Shown piece by piece: positions 38,785 through 48,659 of a stretch of DNA of 64,000 nt. The stretch is from contig OZ242011.1 of assembly GCA_965204755.1 (NCBI GenBank), positions 2,080,001 to 2,144,000 on the forward strand, in the 5' to 3' direction. The translations under genes and the position numbers were made by a program. This stretch comes from Candidatus Marinacidobacterium sp. GTDB taxonomy: Bacteria > Acidobacteriota > Vicinamibacteria > Marinacidobacterales > Marinacidobacteraceae. The notes beneath the pieces were generated by a model. It saw only the letters and a program-made list of their open reading frames with translations, was not told the DNA's origin and did not search any database. How positions within the stretch are numbered: the stretch's first letter is position 1; each line of letters opens with the position of its first letter.

Positions 38785-41151
38785 ATGCCGGTCCGCCCCC
38801 TCTCCGGTCCGCCGGTCACCCCGCCCGGCGGGCCGCCCGTCGGTCCGACCACGAGCCGCGGTGGCGGCGACTCGCCGCGGCCCCGCCCGCCGGCCGCGCC
38901 CGCCCGCCTCCGCCGGGGGCCGGCCGCCCTCGTCTTCGGCGCGTTCCTCGCGCCGGCGGCCTCGCTTGCGCCGGCGGCTTCGCTCGCCGCGCTCCCTCCG
39001 CCGTCCGCCGCTTCCGCCCGGCAATCGCCGACGCCCGGCGGCCCGCCAGTCCCGGAGACCGGCGCGCCCGGGCTGACCCGGATCGCCCTCTACCCGACCC
39101 CGGCGCTCCACCCCGCGGGGGGCAGCGCGCTGCTCCGCCGGGCCCCCGGCCCCTTCGGCGTCTCCGTGACCCGCGACGGAAGCCAGCGCCACCGGCTCGA
39201 AGTCGAGATCTCCGGGCTGCCCGAACCCGGCGCCCTCGGCCCCTACCGGGCCTATGTGGCCTGGGCGACGACGCCGCTGATGTCCCCGGTCGTCCGCCTG
39301 GGCGAAGTCGGCAACGGCCTCTTCCCGGACCTCGGGCCGGTCGCCTTCGACAAGTTCGTCCTGCTGGTGAGCGCCGAGGCCTCCGCCGACGCCGGGACCC
39401 GCGCCGGCCGGCTGGTGCTGCGCGGGGCCTCCCCCTCCACCCGCGTCCTCCCGGACAACCACCTGATGGTCCCGGTCAGCGGCAGCGGCGAAGCGGGCGC
39501 GGCCCCCCCGGCCGGAAGCGATCACGCCGGAATGGACCACGCCGCCATGGGACACGGAAGCGATACCCCCGCCTGGCCCCACCCGCCGATGCTGGAGGAG
39601 ACCCCGATGATCCCCGGCCTCGGCCACCTCCGCCCGGCGCCGCTCCCCTTCCTCCCCCGGGCGCTCGACGGCGAAGACCTCCCGGAAGCCATCCCCTCGC
39701 AGGTCGTCCGACTGCGCGACGGACAGGCGCTCGACCTCGCCGCCGGCCGCGTCCGCCGCCGCCTCCACGGCCGCGAATTCGTGATGTACGGCTTCAACGG
39801 GCAATACCCCGGCCCCCTCGTCCAGGTCGAAAAGGACGCCACCATCTTCGTGAACTTCGAGAACCGCACGCGTTGGCCGACGGCGATCCACTGGCACGGC
39901 ATCCGGCTCGAAAACGCCTACGACGGCGTCCCGCACCTCACCCAGGATCCGGTGCCGCCCGGCGGCCGGTTCCGCTACCGCATCCACTTCCCCGACGCCG
40001 GCCTCTACTGGTACCACCCCCACCACCGCGAAGAGGCGCAGCAGGACCTCGGGCTCTACGGGAACCTGCTGGTCGAGGCGCCGCCCGACGAGTGGTACGC
40101 CCCGGGGCGCCGCGAAGAAGTCCTGATGCTCGACGACCTCCTCGTCGCCGACGACGGCGGACTCTTCCCGTGGGGCGAAGAGCGCGCGACGCACACGCTC
40201 ATGGGCCGGTTCGGGAACCTCCTGCTGGTGAACGGCGAACCGGAATACGAACTGGAGATCGCGCGCGGCGAAGTCGTCCGCTTCTTCCTCACCAATGTCT
40301 CGAACACCCGCACCTTCAACCTGGTCTTCGGCGAACCGGGAACGCACCGGATCAAGGTGGTCGGCTCCGACCTCTCCAAGTTCGAGCGCGAAGTCTGGGC
40401 GGACTCGGTAACCATCGCCCCGGCGGAGCGCTACATCGTGGAAGTCCGCTACGAAACCGCCGGCGAACACGCCCTCGAGAACCGCGTGCGCCCGCTCGAA
40501 CACACCTTCGGCAGTTACTTCTCGCGCGTCACCCGCCTCGGCACGGTGCGCGTCCGGGACGAAGACGCCGACCCCGCCGCCGCCCCCGGCTACGAAACCC
40601 TCCGCGAGAACGCCTCGGTCGTCGCCGATGTCGATCGTTACCGCGGCCGCTTCGCCGATCCTCCGGACTACGAGTTGCTGCTCACGATGGAAGTCGAGGG
40701 CCTCGACCCGGCGATCATGCAGCGGATGCGCGCCGACCGGGTGTTCTTCCCGGCGGTGGAATGGGCGGCGACGATGCCGATGATGAACTCGGTCTCGACG
40801 CCGGAGGAAGTGAGATGGATCGTCCGCGAGCCGGCGACCGGCCGCGAGGACGAGGAGATCTCCTGGCGTTTCTCCGTCGGCGACTCCGTCCGCCTCCGCA
40901 TCGGGAACGACGCCGGCGCCCTCCACGCGATGCAGCACCCCTTCCACATCCACGGCCAGCGGTTCCTGGTAACCGCGCGGAACGGCTCGCCGGTGGAGAA
41001 CCAGGTGTTCAAGGACACGGTGCTCATACCCGCCGGCGAAACCGTGGACCTCCTCCTGGAAGTCACGAACCCCGGCAAGTGGATGGCGCACTGCCACATC
41101 GCGGAACACCTGGAATCCGGCATGAGTTTCGTCTTCGAGGTGGATCCGTGA
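38785..41151 (+). CDS. Multicopper oxidase with N-terminal extension
   Basis: HWHG, WYHPH, HPFHIHG, HCHIAEHLESGM; start uncertain. Confidence 0.92.
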   Translation: MPVRPLSGPPVTPPGGPPVGPTTSRGGGDSPRPRPPAAPARLRRGPAALVFGAFLAPAASLAPAASLAALPPPSAASARQSPTPGGPPVPETGAPGLTRIALYPTPALHPAGGSALLRRAPGPFGVSVTRDGSQRHRLEVEISGLPEPGALGPYRAYVAWATTPLMSPVVRLGEVGNGLFPDLGPVAFDKFVLLVSAEASADAGTRAGRLVLRGASPSTRVLPDNHLMVPVSGSGEAGAAPPAGSDHAGMDHAAMGHGSDTPAWPHPPMLEETPMIPGLGHLRPAPLPFLPRALDGEDLPEAIPSQVVRLRDGQALDLAAGRVRRRLHGREFVMYGFNGQYPGPLVQVEKDATIFVNFENRTRWPTAIHWHGIRLENAYDGVPHLTQDPVPPGGRFRYRIHFPDAGLYWYHPHHREEAQQDLGLYGNLLVEAPPDEWYAPGRREEVLMLDDLLVADDGGLFPWGEERATHTLMGRFGNLLLVNGEPEYELEIARGEVVRFFLTNVSNTRTFNLVFGEPGTHRIKVVGSDLSKFEREVWADSVTIAPAERYIVEVRYETAGEHALENRVRPLEHTFGSYFSRVTRLGTVRVRDEDADPAAAPGYETLRENASVVADVDRYRGRFADPPDYELLLTMEVEGLDPAIMQRMRADRVFFPAVEWAATMPMMNSVSTPEEVRWIVREPATGREDEEISWRFSVGDSVRLRIGNDAGALHAMQHPFHIHGQRFLVTARNGSPVENQVFKDTVLIPAGETVDLLLEVTNPGKWMAHCHIAEHLESGMSFVFEVDP

Positions 41152-42287
41152 GCGCAGCGGAGCGCGCAGTCGGCGGCGGCCGCATCGAGGGTTACGACCT
41201 CGCCCGCGCGGCGGCCATCTTCGGGATGGTGGTCGTGAACTTCTCGCTGGTGATGACCGGCGCGGAATGGGGGCGCGAAACCCCCGGCGGCGACACCGGG
41301 CTGGCCCGGATCGCGAGCCTCCTCGAGGGCCGGGCGGCGGCGCTCTTCGTCGTCCTCGCCGGGATTGGCCTCACCCTGGGCGCCCGCCGCGCGCTCGCTT
41401 CCGGCGACCCGGCGGCGCTCTTCGCCGCGAGGAAGACGCTGTGGAAGAGGTCGGCCTTCCTGTTCGTCTTCGGGCTCGCGTTCTCCGCCGTCTGGCCGGC
41501 GGACATCCTCCACTTCTACGGCTGGTACCTCGGTCTCGGCGCCCTCGCGCTGGCCTGGCCCGGCCGCCGGCTCCTCGGCGCCGCCGCCGCGCTCGCCGCC
41601 GCCTTCGTCGTCCTCCTGCTCGTCGGCGACTACGAGGCCGGCTGGGACTTCGCGACGATCACCTACACGGACTTCTGGACGCCGGCCGGGCAGGTGCGCC
41701 ACCTGTTCTTCAACGGCTTCCACCCGGTCGTTCCCTGGCTCGCGTTCCTGCTGCTCGGCATCCGGCTGGGCCGCCTCGACCTCGCCGACCGCGCCGTCCG
41801 CCGCCGGGTGTTCGCCGTCGGCGTCGCGGCGGCCGCGGTTGCGGAGACGGTTTCCGCCCTCCTGCTGCGGGAGTTCGGGGCGGGACTCACCGGCGAGGAC
41901 GCGGAAATCGCGGCGGCGCTCCTCGGGACTTCCCCGATGCCGCCGATGCCGCTCTACCTGCTGGCGTCGGCGGGAACCGCGGTCGCCGCCGTCGCGCTGG
42001 CCGTCGGCGTCTCCGCTTCGCCGCTCGTCCGCCGGGGGTTCGCGCGGCCGATCCACGACGCGTTGGCCGCCGCCGGGCGGCTCTCGCTCACCGTCTATGT
42101 CGCCCATGTCCTCGTCGGCATGGGGACTCTCGAGGCGCTCGGCCGCCTGGACGGCGAGCAATCCCTCGAGTCCGCGCTCGCCGCTTCCGCCCTGTTCTAC
42201 CTGCTCGCGGTGCTCTTCGCGGTCCTCTGGACGAAGAGGTACCGCCGCGGCCCGCTCGAGGCGGCGCTGCGCCGCCTCGCCGGCTGA
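41148..42287 (+). CDS. DUF418-like membrane protein
   Basis: GTGA overlap; RIEGYDLARAAAIFGM, GRAAALF, DILHFYG, GRLSLTVYVAH, RGPLEAALR. Confidence 0.82.
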   Translation: MSAAERAVGGGRIEGYDLARAAAIFGMVVVNFSLVMTGAEWGRETPGGDTGLARIASLLEGRAAALFVVLAGIGLTLGARRALASGDPAALFAARKTLWKRSAFLFVFGLAFSAVWPADILHFYGWYLGLGALALAWPGRRLLGAAAALAAAFVVLLLVGDYEAGWDFATITYTDFWTPAGQVRHLFFNGFHPVVPWLAFLLLGIRLGRLDLADRAVRRRVFAVGVAAAAVAETVSALLLREFGAGLTGEDAEIAAALLGTSPMPPMPLYLLASAGTAVAAVALAVGVSASPLVRRGFARPIHDALAAAGRLSLTVYVAHVLVGMGTLEALGRLDGEQSLESALAASALFYLLAVLFAVLWTKRYRRGPLEAALRRLAG

Positions 42288-42312
42288 CTCCCCGACTACC
42301 CGCTTTGGGGGC

Positions 42313-43716
42313 TCAGGGAAGTTCGTCGAGCGCCAGCCGCGCGACCGCGGTCCGCACCCGGTCGTCGCGCCAGGCGACCAGCAGCCGCTCCCCCGGGTCC
42401 GGCCCGAGGTCTTCCTCGGCCTCTTCGTCCTCTTCCGGCTCCTCTTCCTCCTCGTCCTCGTCCGGCAGCGGCCGTCCGGGGAGCCGAACGAGTTGCGGCA
42501 CGCCGGCCGCGCGCCCCGGAGGCGCCGCCGCGACCCGGAGGGGCTCGGCGAGCCGCCCGTCCGGCCACACCCGGCGCAGCCGCACTTCCCCGCTCCGGCC
42601 TTCGCCGCGTTCGACCCACGACACCGCCGCGCTCCCGTCGTCGAGCAGCGCGACCCCGGCGGAGCCGAACGGATCCCCGCCGTCCACCCGGATGGCCGCG
42701 CCGAACTCCTCGCCGCCGTTCGCCGAGAACACCACCCGCACTTCCGGCTCGCCGGAAGCGAAGGTGAACCAGGCGACCACGACTTCCGCCCCGGCGGCGG
42801 CGATGGCCGGGCCGTTGGTGGGGCAGGCGTTGATCCGCCAGCCGTCGGCGTGGAGCGGGCGCGCCGGCTGCCAGATCGCCCGGACCTTCCGCGCCACCGA
42901 GATGTCCCGGAGGTCGTCCGCGTCCGGGGCCGGCTGCCGGTCGCGATAGACCAGCGCCGGGCCGTCGGCGGCCGCCGCCAGCCCGGTGGGGCAGCAACTG
43001 CAGACCTCGGGGTCGAACAGTTGGTCGCCGAGCAGGTGGCCGAGCGTCTGGAACCGGGCGACCCGGAGCGTCATCCCGTCCTCCTCGGCTTCGGCGCCCG
43101 GGGGCGGCGCCAGGTAGGCGGCGGTGAAGCCCCCCGGCTCCGGCGCGTAGGAGACGAAACCGGAGTAGGCGGTCCCGGCGTGCGGACCGGTGGAGAAGAT
43201 GTCCTGCCAGTTCTCCCCGGCGTCCATCGTGTAGGCCATGCGGATGCCGTAGCCGTAGGCGGTGGGCGCGGCTGCGTTTGCCCGGTCGGCCCCGTCCGTC
43301 CCGTCCGTGGCGCGGCGCGGCGAGCGCGCCAGCCAGTGCGCGGCGAGCCGGTCTTCGCCGAACGCCGCCACCTTCGGGTGGTCCACCCAGTTCACGAACC
43401 AGTCCTCGCCCTCGGCGATGTCCCGCGCCTCGCCCCAGGCATCGGCCCATACGCCGTCTTCGTCGGCTTCCCGGTTCAGCGCGGCGAAGCGCAGCGCGTG
43501 GCCCTCGCCCCGCTCCTCGACCCAACTCAGGAAGGCCTCGCCGGCGGGCGAGACGGTGAGCGAGTAACTGCCGCTGCCGTCGGGCGCCGGCGTCTCCAGC
43601 GGCTCCACGGAGGGCGCTCCGGTTTGTGCCGCGGCGGGAGCGACGGCCAAGGCCGACGCGAGCATCGCGCCGCCGGCGGCCCTTCGGAGGCGGGGCGGGG
43701 GAGTCGGTTCGGTCAT
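42313..43716 (-). CDS. Secreted BNR/sialidase-fold-like protein
   Basis: WFVNWVDHP, TMDAGENW, VCSCCPT, DGWRINACPTNGP, SANGGEEF Asp-box-like motifs. Confidence 0.75.
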   Translation of the reverse strand: MTEPTPPPRLRRAAGGAMLASALAVAPAAAQTGAPSVEPLETPAPDGSGSYSLTVSPAGEAFLSWVEERGEGHALRFAALNREADEDGVWADAWGEARDIAEGEDWFVNWVDHPKVAAFGEDRLAAHWLARSPRRATDGTDGADRANAAAPTAYGYGIRMAYTMDAGENWQDIFSTGPHAGTAYSGFVSYAPEPGGFTAAYLAPPPGAEAEEDGMTLRVARFQTLGHLLGDQLFDPEVCSCCPTGLAAAADGPALVYRDRQPAPDADDLRDISVARKVRAIWQPARPLHADGWRINACPTNGPAIAAAGAEVVVAWFTFASGEPEVRVVFSANGGEEFGAAIRVDGGDPFGSAGVALLDDGSAAVSWVERGEGRSGEVRLRRVWPDGRLAEPLRVAAAPPGRAAGVPQLVRLPGRPLPDEDEEEEEPEEDEEAEEDLGPDPGERLLVAWRDDRVRTAVARLALDELP

Positions 43717-43915
43717 CGGCGGTTTTCGGGCGAGGCGGGCGGTCTTCGGCGGCGTCCGCCGCCGCCCGAACCGGCGATTCTCGCACGAACGGCGCTTCCG
43801 CCCATGCCCCGAACCTCGTCGCGCCGGCGACGGAACCGGCCCGCCGCCGGACTGGTAGCATCGTCCGTTTCCCGATTTTCCGCCGCTTTCCGCGTTTTCT
43901 CCCCCGAGGCGCCGC

Positions 43916-45403
43916 ATGGTTTTCCCCCTCTCCTCCCGTTCCTTCCCGGCCGCTTCGTCAGCGGTTTCCGCCGCCCGCCGCCGGTTCGCCGCCGCCGCCT
44001 TCGTCCTGCCGCTGCTGGCGGCGGCGCCGGTCGCCGCCTCCGCCCAGTCCGCCGCCGAACTCGACGAGAGCGCCCGGCAATTCGTGAGCGTCGCCGGGCC
44101 GACGACCGCGATCACCGGAGTGCAGGTCGTGGACGGAACCGGCGCCGCCCCGCTCGCCGGGCACACGGTCGTCATCTCCGGCGAGCGGATCCTGGCCGTC
44201 GGCCCCGACGGCGAAGTCGAAGTCCCGGCGGACGCGGAACGGATCGCCGGCGCCGGCCACACCCTGATACCGGGACTGGTCGGCGTCCACAACCACACCT
44301 TCTACACCACCGCGGCGCGCCATTCCCAGATGAACACCACCTCGCCGCGCCTCTACCTCGCCTCCGGCGTCACCACCATCCGCACGACCGGCAGTTATTC
44401 CCCGTACAGCGAGATCAACATGCGCCGCGCCATCGAAGCCGGCGAAATCGTCGGCCCCCGGATGCACATCACCGGCCCCTACATCTCCGGCGCCGGAGCG
44501 AGCACCTACATGACCCAGGTATCGAGCCCCGAAGACGCCCGCCGCGTCGTCGCCTACTGGGCCGAGGAAGGCGCCACCTGGTTCAAGGCGTACACCCGCA
44601 TCTCCCGCGCCGAACTCGGCGCCGCCATCGAAGAAGCCCACCGCCTCGGCCTCCGCTTCACCGGCCACCTGTGCTCGGTGACTTTCCGCGAAGCGGTGGA
44701 CCTCGGCATCGATTCGCTCGAACACGGCTTCTTCACGAACACGGAATACCACGCCGCGAAACAGCCCGACGACTGCCCGCCCGACTTCCGCTCCACGCTC
44801 CGGGACATCGATATCGATTCGCCGGAAGTAACCGCGACCATTGACCACATGGTCGGGAACGAAGTCGCGCTGACTTCCACCCTGGCGGTGTACGAACTCT
44901 CCGTCCCCGGCCGCCCGCCGCTCGAGGATCGGAACCTCGAAGCGCTTTCGCCGGGCGCGCGGGACGAATACCTGGCGCGGCGCGAGGAGATCGCGGACGC
45001 GCAGGACGCCATCTTCCGGGACCTCTTCCCCAAGGCCCAGGCCTTCGAGTACCGCTTCTTCAAGGCCGGCGGCCTGCTCGCCGCCGGAGTGGACCCCACC
45101 GGCAACGGCGGCGCCCTCCCCGGCTTCGGCGACCAGCGCAACTACGAGTTGCTCCTCGAAGCCGAGTTCACGCCTGCGGAAGCGCTCCTGGTGATGAGCC
45201 TGAACGGCGCCCGCGTCCTGGGCGTGGACGAAGACCTCGGCAGCATCGAGGAGGGCAAGTTGGCCGACCTGGTCCTCATCGCCGGCGACCCGGTGGCCAA
45301 CCCGGCCGAAATCCGCAATGTCGTCACCGTCTTCAAGGACGGCGTCGGCTACGACTCCGCCGCCCTCATCGCCTCCGTCAAGGGCCTCGTCGGCCTGCAG
45401 TAA
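43916..45403 (+). CDS. Secreted amidohydrolase
   Basis: LIPGLVGVHNH, GVTTIRT, GHLCS, LEHG, GSIEEGKLADLV. Confidence 0.88.
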   Translation: MVFPLSSRSFPAASSAVSAARRRFAAAAFVLPLLAAAPVAASAQSAAELDESARQFVSVAGPTTAITGVQVVDGTGAAPLAGHTVVISGERILAVGPDGEVEVPADAERIAGAGHTLIPGLVGVHNHTFYTTAARHSQMNTTSPRLYLASGVTTIRTTGSYSPYSEINMRRAIEAGEIVGPRMHITGPYISGAGASTYMTQVSSPEDARRVVAYWAEEGATWFKAYTRISRAELGAAIEEAHRLGLRFTGHLCSVTFREAVDLGIDSLEHGFFTNTEYHAAKQPDDCPPDFRSTLRDIDIDSPEVTATIDHMVGNEVALTSTLAVYELSVPGRPPLEDRNLEALSPGARDEYLARREEIADAQDAIFRDLFPKAQAFEYRFFKAGGLLAAGVDPTGNGGALPGFGDQRNYELLLEAEFTPAEALLVMSLNGARVLGVDEDLGSIEEGKLADLVLIAGDPVANPAEIRNVVTVFKDGVGYDSAALIASVKGLVGLQ

Positions 45404-45436
45404 ACTGCCGCCCGCAGTATTCTTCCCGGGAGCCCG

Positions 45437-46627
45437 ATGAGCGACGAAGCCCGCCCGCCCGCAGGCTCGGCGAAGACACCCGGCGACGTGACGACGACCG
45501 ACGGCGCCCTCGACTGGATCACGATCGAGGGCCTGAGGAGTATCCGCAGCCTGCGGAAAGTCGAACTCCGCCCGTTGAATGTCCTGATCGGCGCCAACGG
45601 GTCCGGCAAGTCCAACTTCATCGAAGCGTTCGCACTGCTCCACGCGATATGCGCCGGCCGGCTGCACCACTATGTGCACCGGTTCGGCGGAGCGGATCGG
45701 ATGCTCCATTTCGGGACCGAGAGGACTACGGAGATCGAGATCGAACTGTCGTTCTCCGAGGAACGCAACCGGTACGGCATCGTGCTGGAGGCGGGAGCCG
45801 CCGATGTTCTCCGGGTGGCGTCAGAAGTAACCCATTCCTGGGACAAGGAGCATTACGACCGGCCCTACGACGAACCGCTGGCCCCAAATGGAGGCGAGGC
45901 GGCGATCAGTTCGTCCGACCTACGGGGCGTGGCGCTTCAGGTCCGGCGCCGGCTCGACAGTTGGCGTGTGTACCACTTCCACAACACGAGCGTGTTCTCT
46001 CCGCTGCGGAAGACCGCGAATGTCCACGACCGGCACGCTCTCGAAGCCGACGGGTCCAATCTGCCGGCGTTTCTGCTCGCGTTGCGCGAGGCTCATCCTG
46101 GCGCCTACTCTCTGATTCGTAAGACCGTAAGGCTCGCCATGCCGTTCTTCGATGACTTCGTCCTGAGGCCGTTTGGAGAGCACAACGATGCGATTCGGCT
46201 CCAATGGACACACCGGTCTTCGAAGAAGTCATTCGATGTCCTGTCGATCTCAGACGGCGCTCTTCGTTTCATCGCACTTACGACGCTCCTTTTGCAGCCC
46301 TCTAAGTTGCGCCCACGGGTGATCCTCTTGGACGAGCCCGAACTGGGTCTCCATCCCTATGCGCTCTGTCTCTTTGCCGCCATGGTTCGTTCGGCGAGTG
46401 TCGAGAGTCAGGTCGTATTGTCCACGCAATCGGCGATCTTTCTCGACTACTTCGAGCCGGAGGATCTCGTCGTCAGCGAGCGCGAGAACGGAGAGACCCG
46501 AATGCGCCGCCTTGAGCGGGCCGCCTTGGCCGTTTGGCTGGAGGATTCCAGTTTGAGTGAGCTCTGGGAGCAGAGTTACCTCGGCGGCCGACCCGCTTCC
46601 GATGATTTACTGGGGCAGAAAGAGTGA
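45437..46627 (+). CDS. ABC-type AAA ATPase (AAA_21/AbiEii-like)
   Basis: LIGANGSGKSN, ISDGALRF, LLDEPELGLHP, STQS. Confidence 0.88.
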   Translation: MSDEARPPAGSAKTPGDVTTTDGALDWITIEGLRSIRSLRKVELRPLNVLIGANGSGKSNFIEAFALLHAICAGRLHHYVHRFGGADRMLHFGTERTTEIEIELSFSEERNRYGIVLEAGAADVLRVASEVTHSWDKEHYDRPYDEPLAPNGGEAAISSSDLRGVALQVRRRLDSWRVYHFHNTSVFSPLRKTANVHDRHALEADGSNLPAFLLALREAHPGAYSLIRKTVRLAMPFFDDFVLRPFGEHNDAIRLQWTHRSSKKSFDVLSISDGALRFIALTTLLLQPSKLRPRVILLDEPELGLHPYALCLFAAMVRSASVESQVVLSTQSAIFLDYFEPEDLVVSERENGETRMRRLERAALAVWLEDSSLSELWEQSYLGGRPASDDLLGQKE

Positions 46628-47325
46628 ATCGGCTCATCGTTATCGTCGAGGGACAGACGGAGGAAGTGTTCGTCAACCAAATATTGTCCTCATACTTGGC
46701 CTCACGAGGATACTCGTCGGCTCGGGCGCGCCTCATGGGCGAGTCGTGCCGGCGAGGCGAGCGTGGAGGCGTTCGCGCGTGGAGCTTCGTGCGACGGAGA
46801 ATCTTGCGGCACCTGAAAGAGGATCGAGGCTGTGTGGTGTCCACGATGGTGGACTACTACGGTTTGCCACTGGACGGCAGACGTGCTTGGCCGTGCTCGG
46901 TGCCGCGTGGCGCTGGACCGGAAGCACTCCTCGTCGAAGAGGGTATGCGAACCGATATCGCCACCGAGGGGATCGGTCTGGCGCGGCGGTTCATTCCGTA
47001 TGTGGCCATGTACGAATTCGAGGCGTTGCTGTTCAGCGATTGCTCGACTTTCGGCAGAAGCATCGAACGCGAGGATATCGTTTCGGATCTGGAGCGAATT
47101 CGGCGGGCCTTTGTGAGTCCGGAGGCGATAGACGACAGTCCGACGGGCGCGCCTTCGAAGCGGATCGCGCGTCTGATAGCCGACTACAACAAGCCGTTTC
47201 ACGGAAACATCGCGGCACTGGAGATCGGGGTCGAGAAGATGCGCGCGGAGTGCCCGCACTTCGCGGAGTGGCTGGACGCGCTCGAAGGCGTGGTGGCTAC
47301 ATTGGCAGCGACTCGTCGACCCTGA
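46624..47325 (+). CDS. DUF4276-family protein (TOPRIM-like)
   Basis: VEGQTEE, TMVDYYGLP, YEFEALLFSD, PEAIDD, APSKRI, CPHFAEWL; GTGA overlap. Confidence 0.85.
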   Translation: MNRLIVIVEGQTEEVFVNQILSSYLASRGYSSARARLMGESCRRGERGGVRAWSFVRRRILRHLKEDRGCVVSTMVDYYGLPLDGRRAWPCSVPRGAGPEALLVEEGMRTDIATEGIGLARRFIPYVAMYEFEALLFSDCSTFGRSIEREDIVSDLERIRRAFVSPEAIDDSPTGAPSKRIARLIADYNKPFHGNIAALEIGVEKMRAECPHFAEWLDALEGVVATLAATRRP

Positions 47326-47376
47326 GCGTTGGAACGCGTCGGCCAAAAGCACGCCACGCGGATCGCCGAGCAGTGG

Positions 47377-48567
47377 CTACTGGCGGAACAGGTCTCGCGA
47401 CGGGCTGTCGGCGGTGAGTTCGCCGCTCCATAGGCGGGAGGCGAAGGTAGTGGCGGGGAGGACTTCGATGCCGTCTCCGGTGTGACGGGGTGTCGGTTCG
47501 AGGCAGGTGACGATGCGCCGTCGGACTTCCGGGTGGTCCTTCGCCAGGTGGCGGAGGCCGCGGAGGTCGCGGTCGGTGACTTGGCGTTTCGCTTTGGCTT
47601 CGACGGCGACGCGCATGTCGCCGAGGATGAAGTCCACTTCGATTCCGCCGGCGAGCCGCCACCAGTACAGGGTCTCCTCCGGAGCGCGGTAGGAACGGAA
47701 CGAGGCGAGTTCGTGATGCACCCAGTTCTCGAAAGCGTGCCCGTACGCGTCCGAACCGCGCTGGGGCGCCCCGCGCCGGGCCAGGCGATTCACGATGCCG
47801 ACATCGTTGAAGTAGAAGCGCGGCGCGGCGATGGTCCGTCGCTTCGCGCGCTGCCGCCACGCCGGCAGCCAGCGCCCGATCAGCGTTTCTTCGAGGACTC
47901 CGTAGTACTGCTTCACGGTCGGCGCGGAGACGCCGCATTCGCGGGCGATGTTGGTGAAGTTCACCATGGCGCCGTCACCGAGCGCGGCGGCGTCGAGGAA
48001 GGCGCCGAAGGCCGGCAGGTTGCGGGCGCGCCCCTCTTCGGCGATCTCCTGCCGCAGGTAGTCGGCGATGTAGTCGTCGAGCAGGCGTCCGGGGCGCGAC
48101 GACTGCAGGACGCGCGGCAGGTAACCGAACTGCGCCGCGCGGTCGAGGTCGAAGTCCGCGCCCAACTCGCGTGAGGTGAGCCCGCGCAACTCGTAGCGGC
48201 GCGCCCGCCCGCTGAGCAGGTTGACCCCGGCGCGCCGCACCCGGCGGGCGCTCGACCCGCAGAGCGCGAAGGTGACCCCGCGGTGCTCGATCAGCCAGTG
48301 GATCTCGTCCAGCAGCGCGGGAACCTTCTGGACCTCGTCCACGACCACATGGAAGGGGCGGCCTCCGCGGTTCTCCGCCTCGATCTCCTCCCGGAGCGCC
48401 TCCGGCCGGGTGGCGTAGCGCCGGAACTCGTCGGCCTTCAGCAGGTCCACCCAGCGGGAGGCGCCGTACCGCTGCCGGAGGAGCGTGGTCTTCCCGGTCT
48501 GGCGCGGCCCCCAGAGGAAGAAATTCTCCGAGCCGGCCGGGGGAAGGCGGAGGCTACGCTCAAACAT
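47377..48567 (-). CDS. AAA_14 ATPase with DUF4143 domain
   Basis: WGPRQTGKTT, VDEVQK, CGSSA, LLSGRA, FYFNDVG, AFENWV, EVDFI, EAK. Confidence 0.88.
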   Translation of the reverse strand: MFERSLRLPPAGSENFFLWGPRQTGKTTLLRQRYGASRWVDLLKADEFRRYATRPEALREEIEAENRGGRPFHVVVDEVQKVPALLDEIHWLIEHRGVTFALCGSSARRVRRAGVNLLSGRARRYELRGLTSRELGADFDLDRAAQFGYLPRVLQSSRPGRLLDDYIADYLRQEIAEEGRARNLPAFGAFLDAAALGDGAMVNFTNIARECGVSAPTVKQYYGVLEETLIGRWLPAWRQRAKRRTIAAPRFYFNDVGIVNRLARRGAPQRGSDAYGHAFENWVHHELASFRSYRAPEETLYWWRLAGGIEVDFILGDMRVAVEAKAKRQVTDRDLRGLRHLAKDHPEVRRRIVTCLEPTPRHTGDGIEVLPATTFASRLWSGELTADSPSRDLFRQ

Positions 48568-48599
48568 CCACTTCAGATTATCATGATAATCGAAAGTGG
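48568..48599. promoter_or_regulatory. AT-rich palindromic operator/promoter
   Basis: Perfect 16-bp palindrome GATTATCATGATAATC (48576-48591) flanked by CCACTT/AAGTGG, directly upstream of ATG 48567. Confidence 0.6.
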
Positions 48600-48659
48600 T
48601 GATTTACATCGTCAGGCACCGCCGCTTGGCTGACCGGGGCCGACCTCGGGGTCGGGGCG

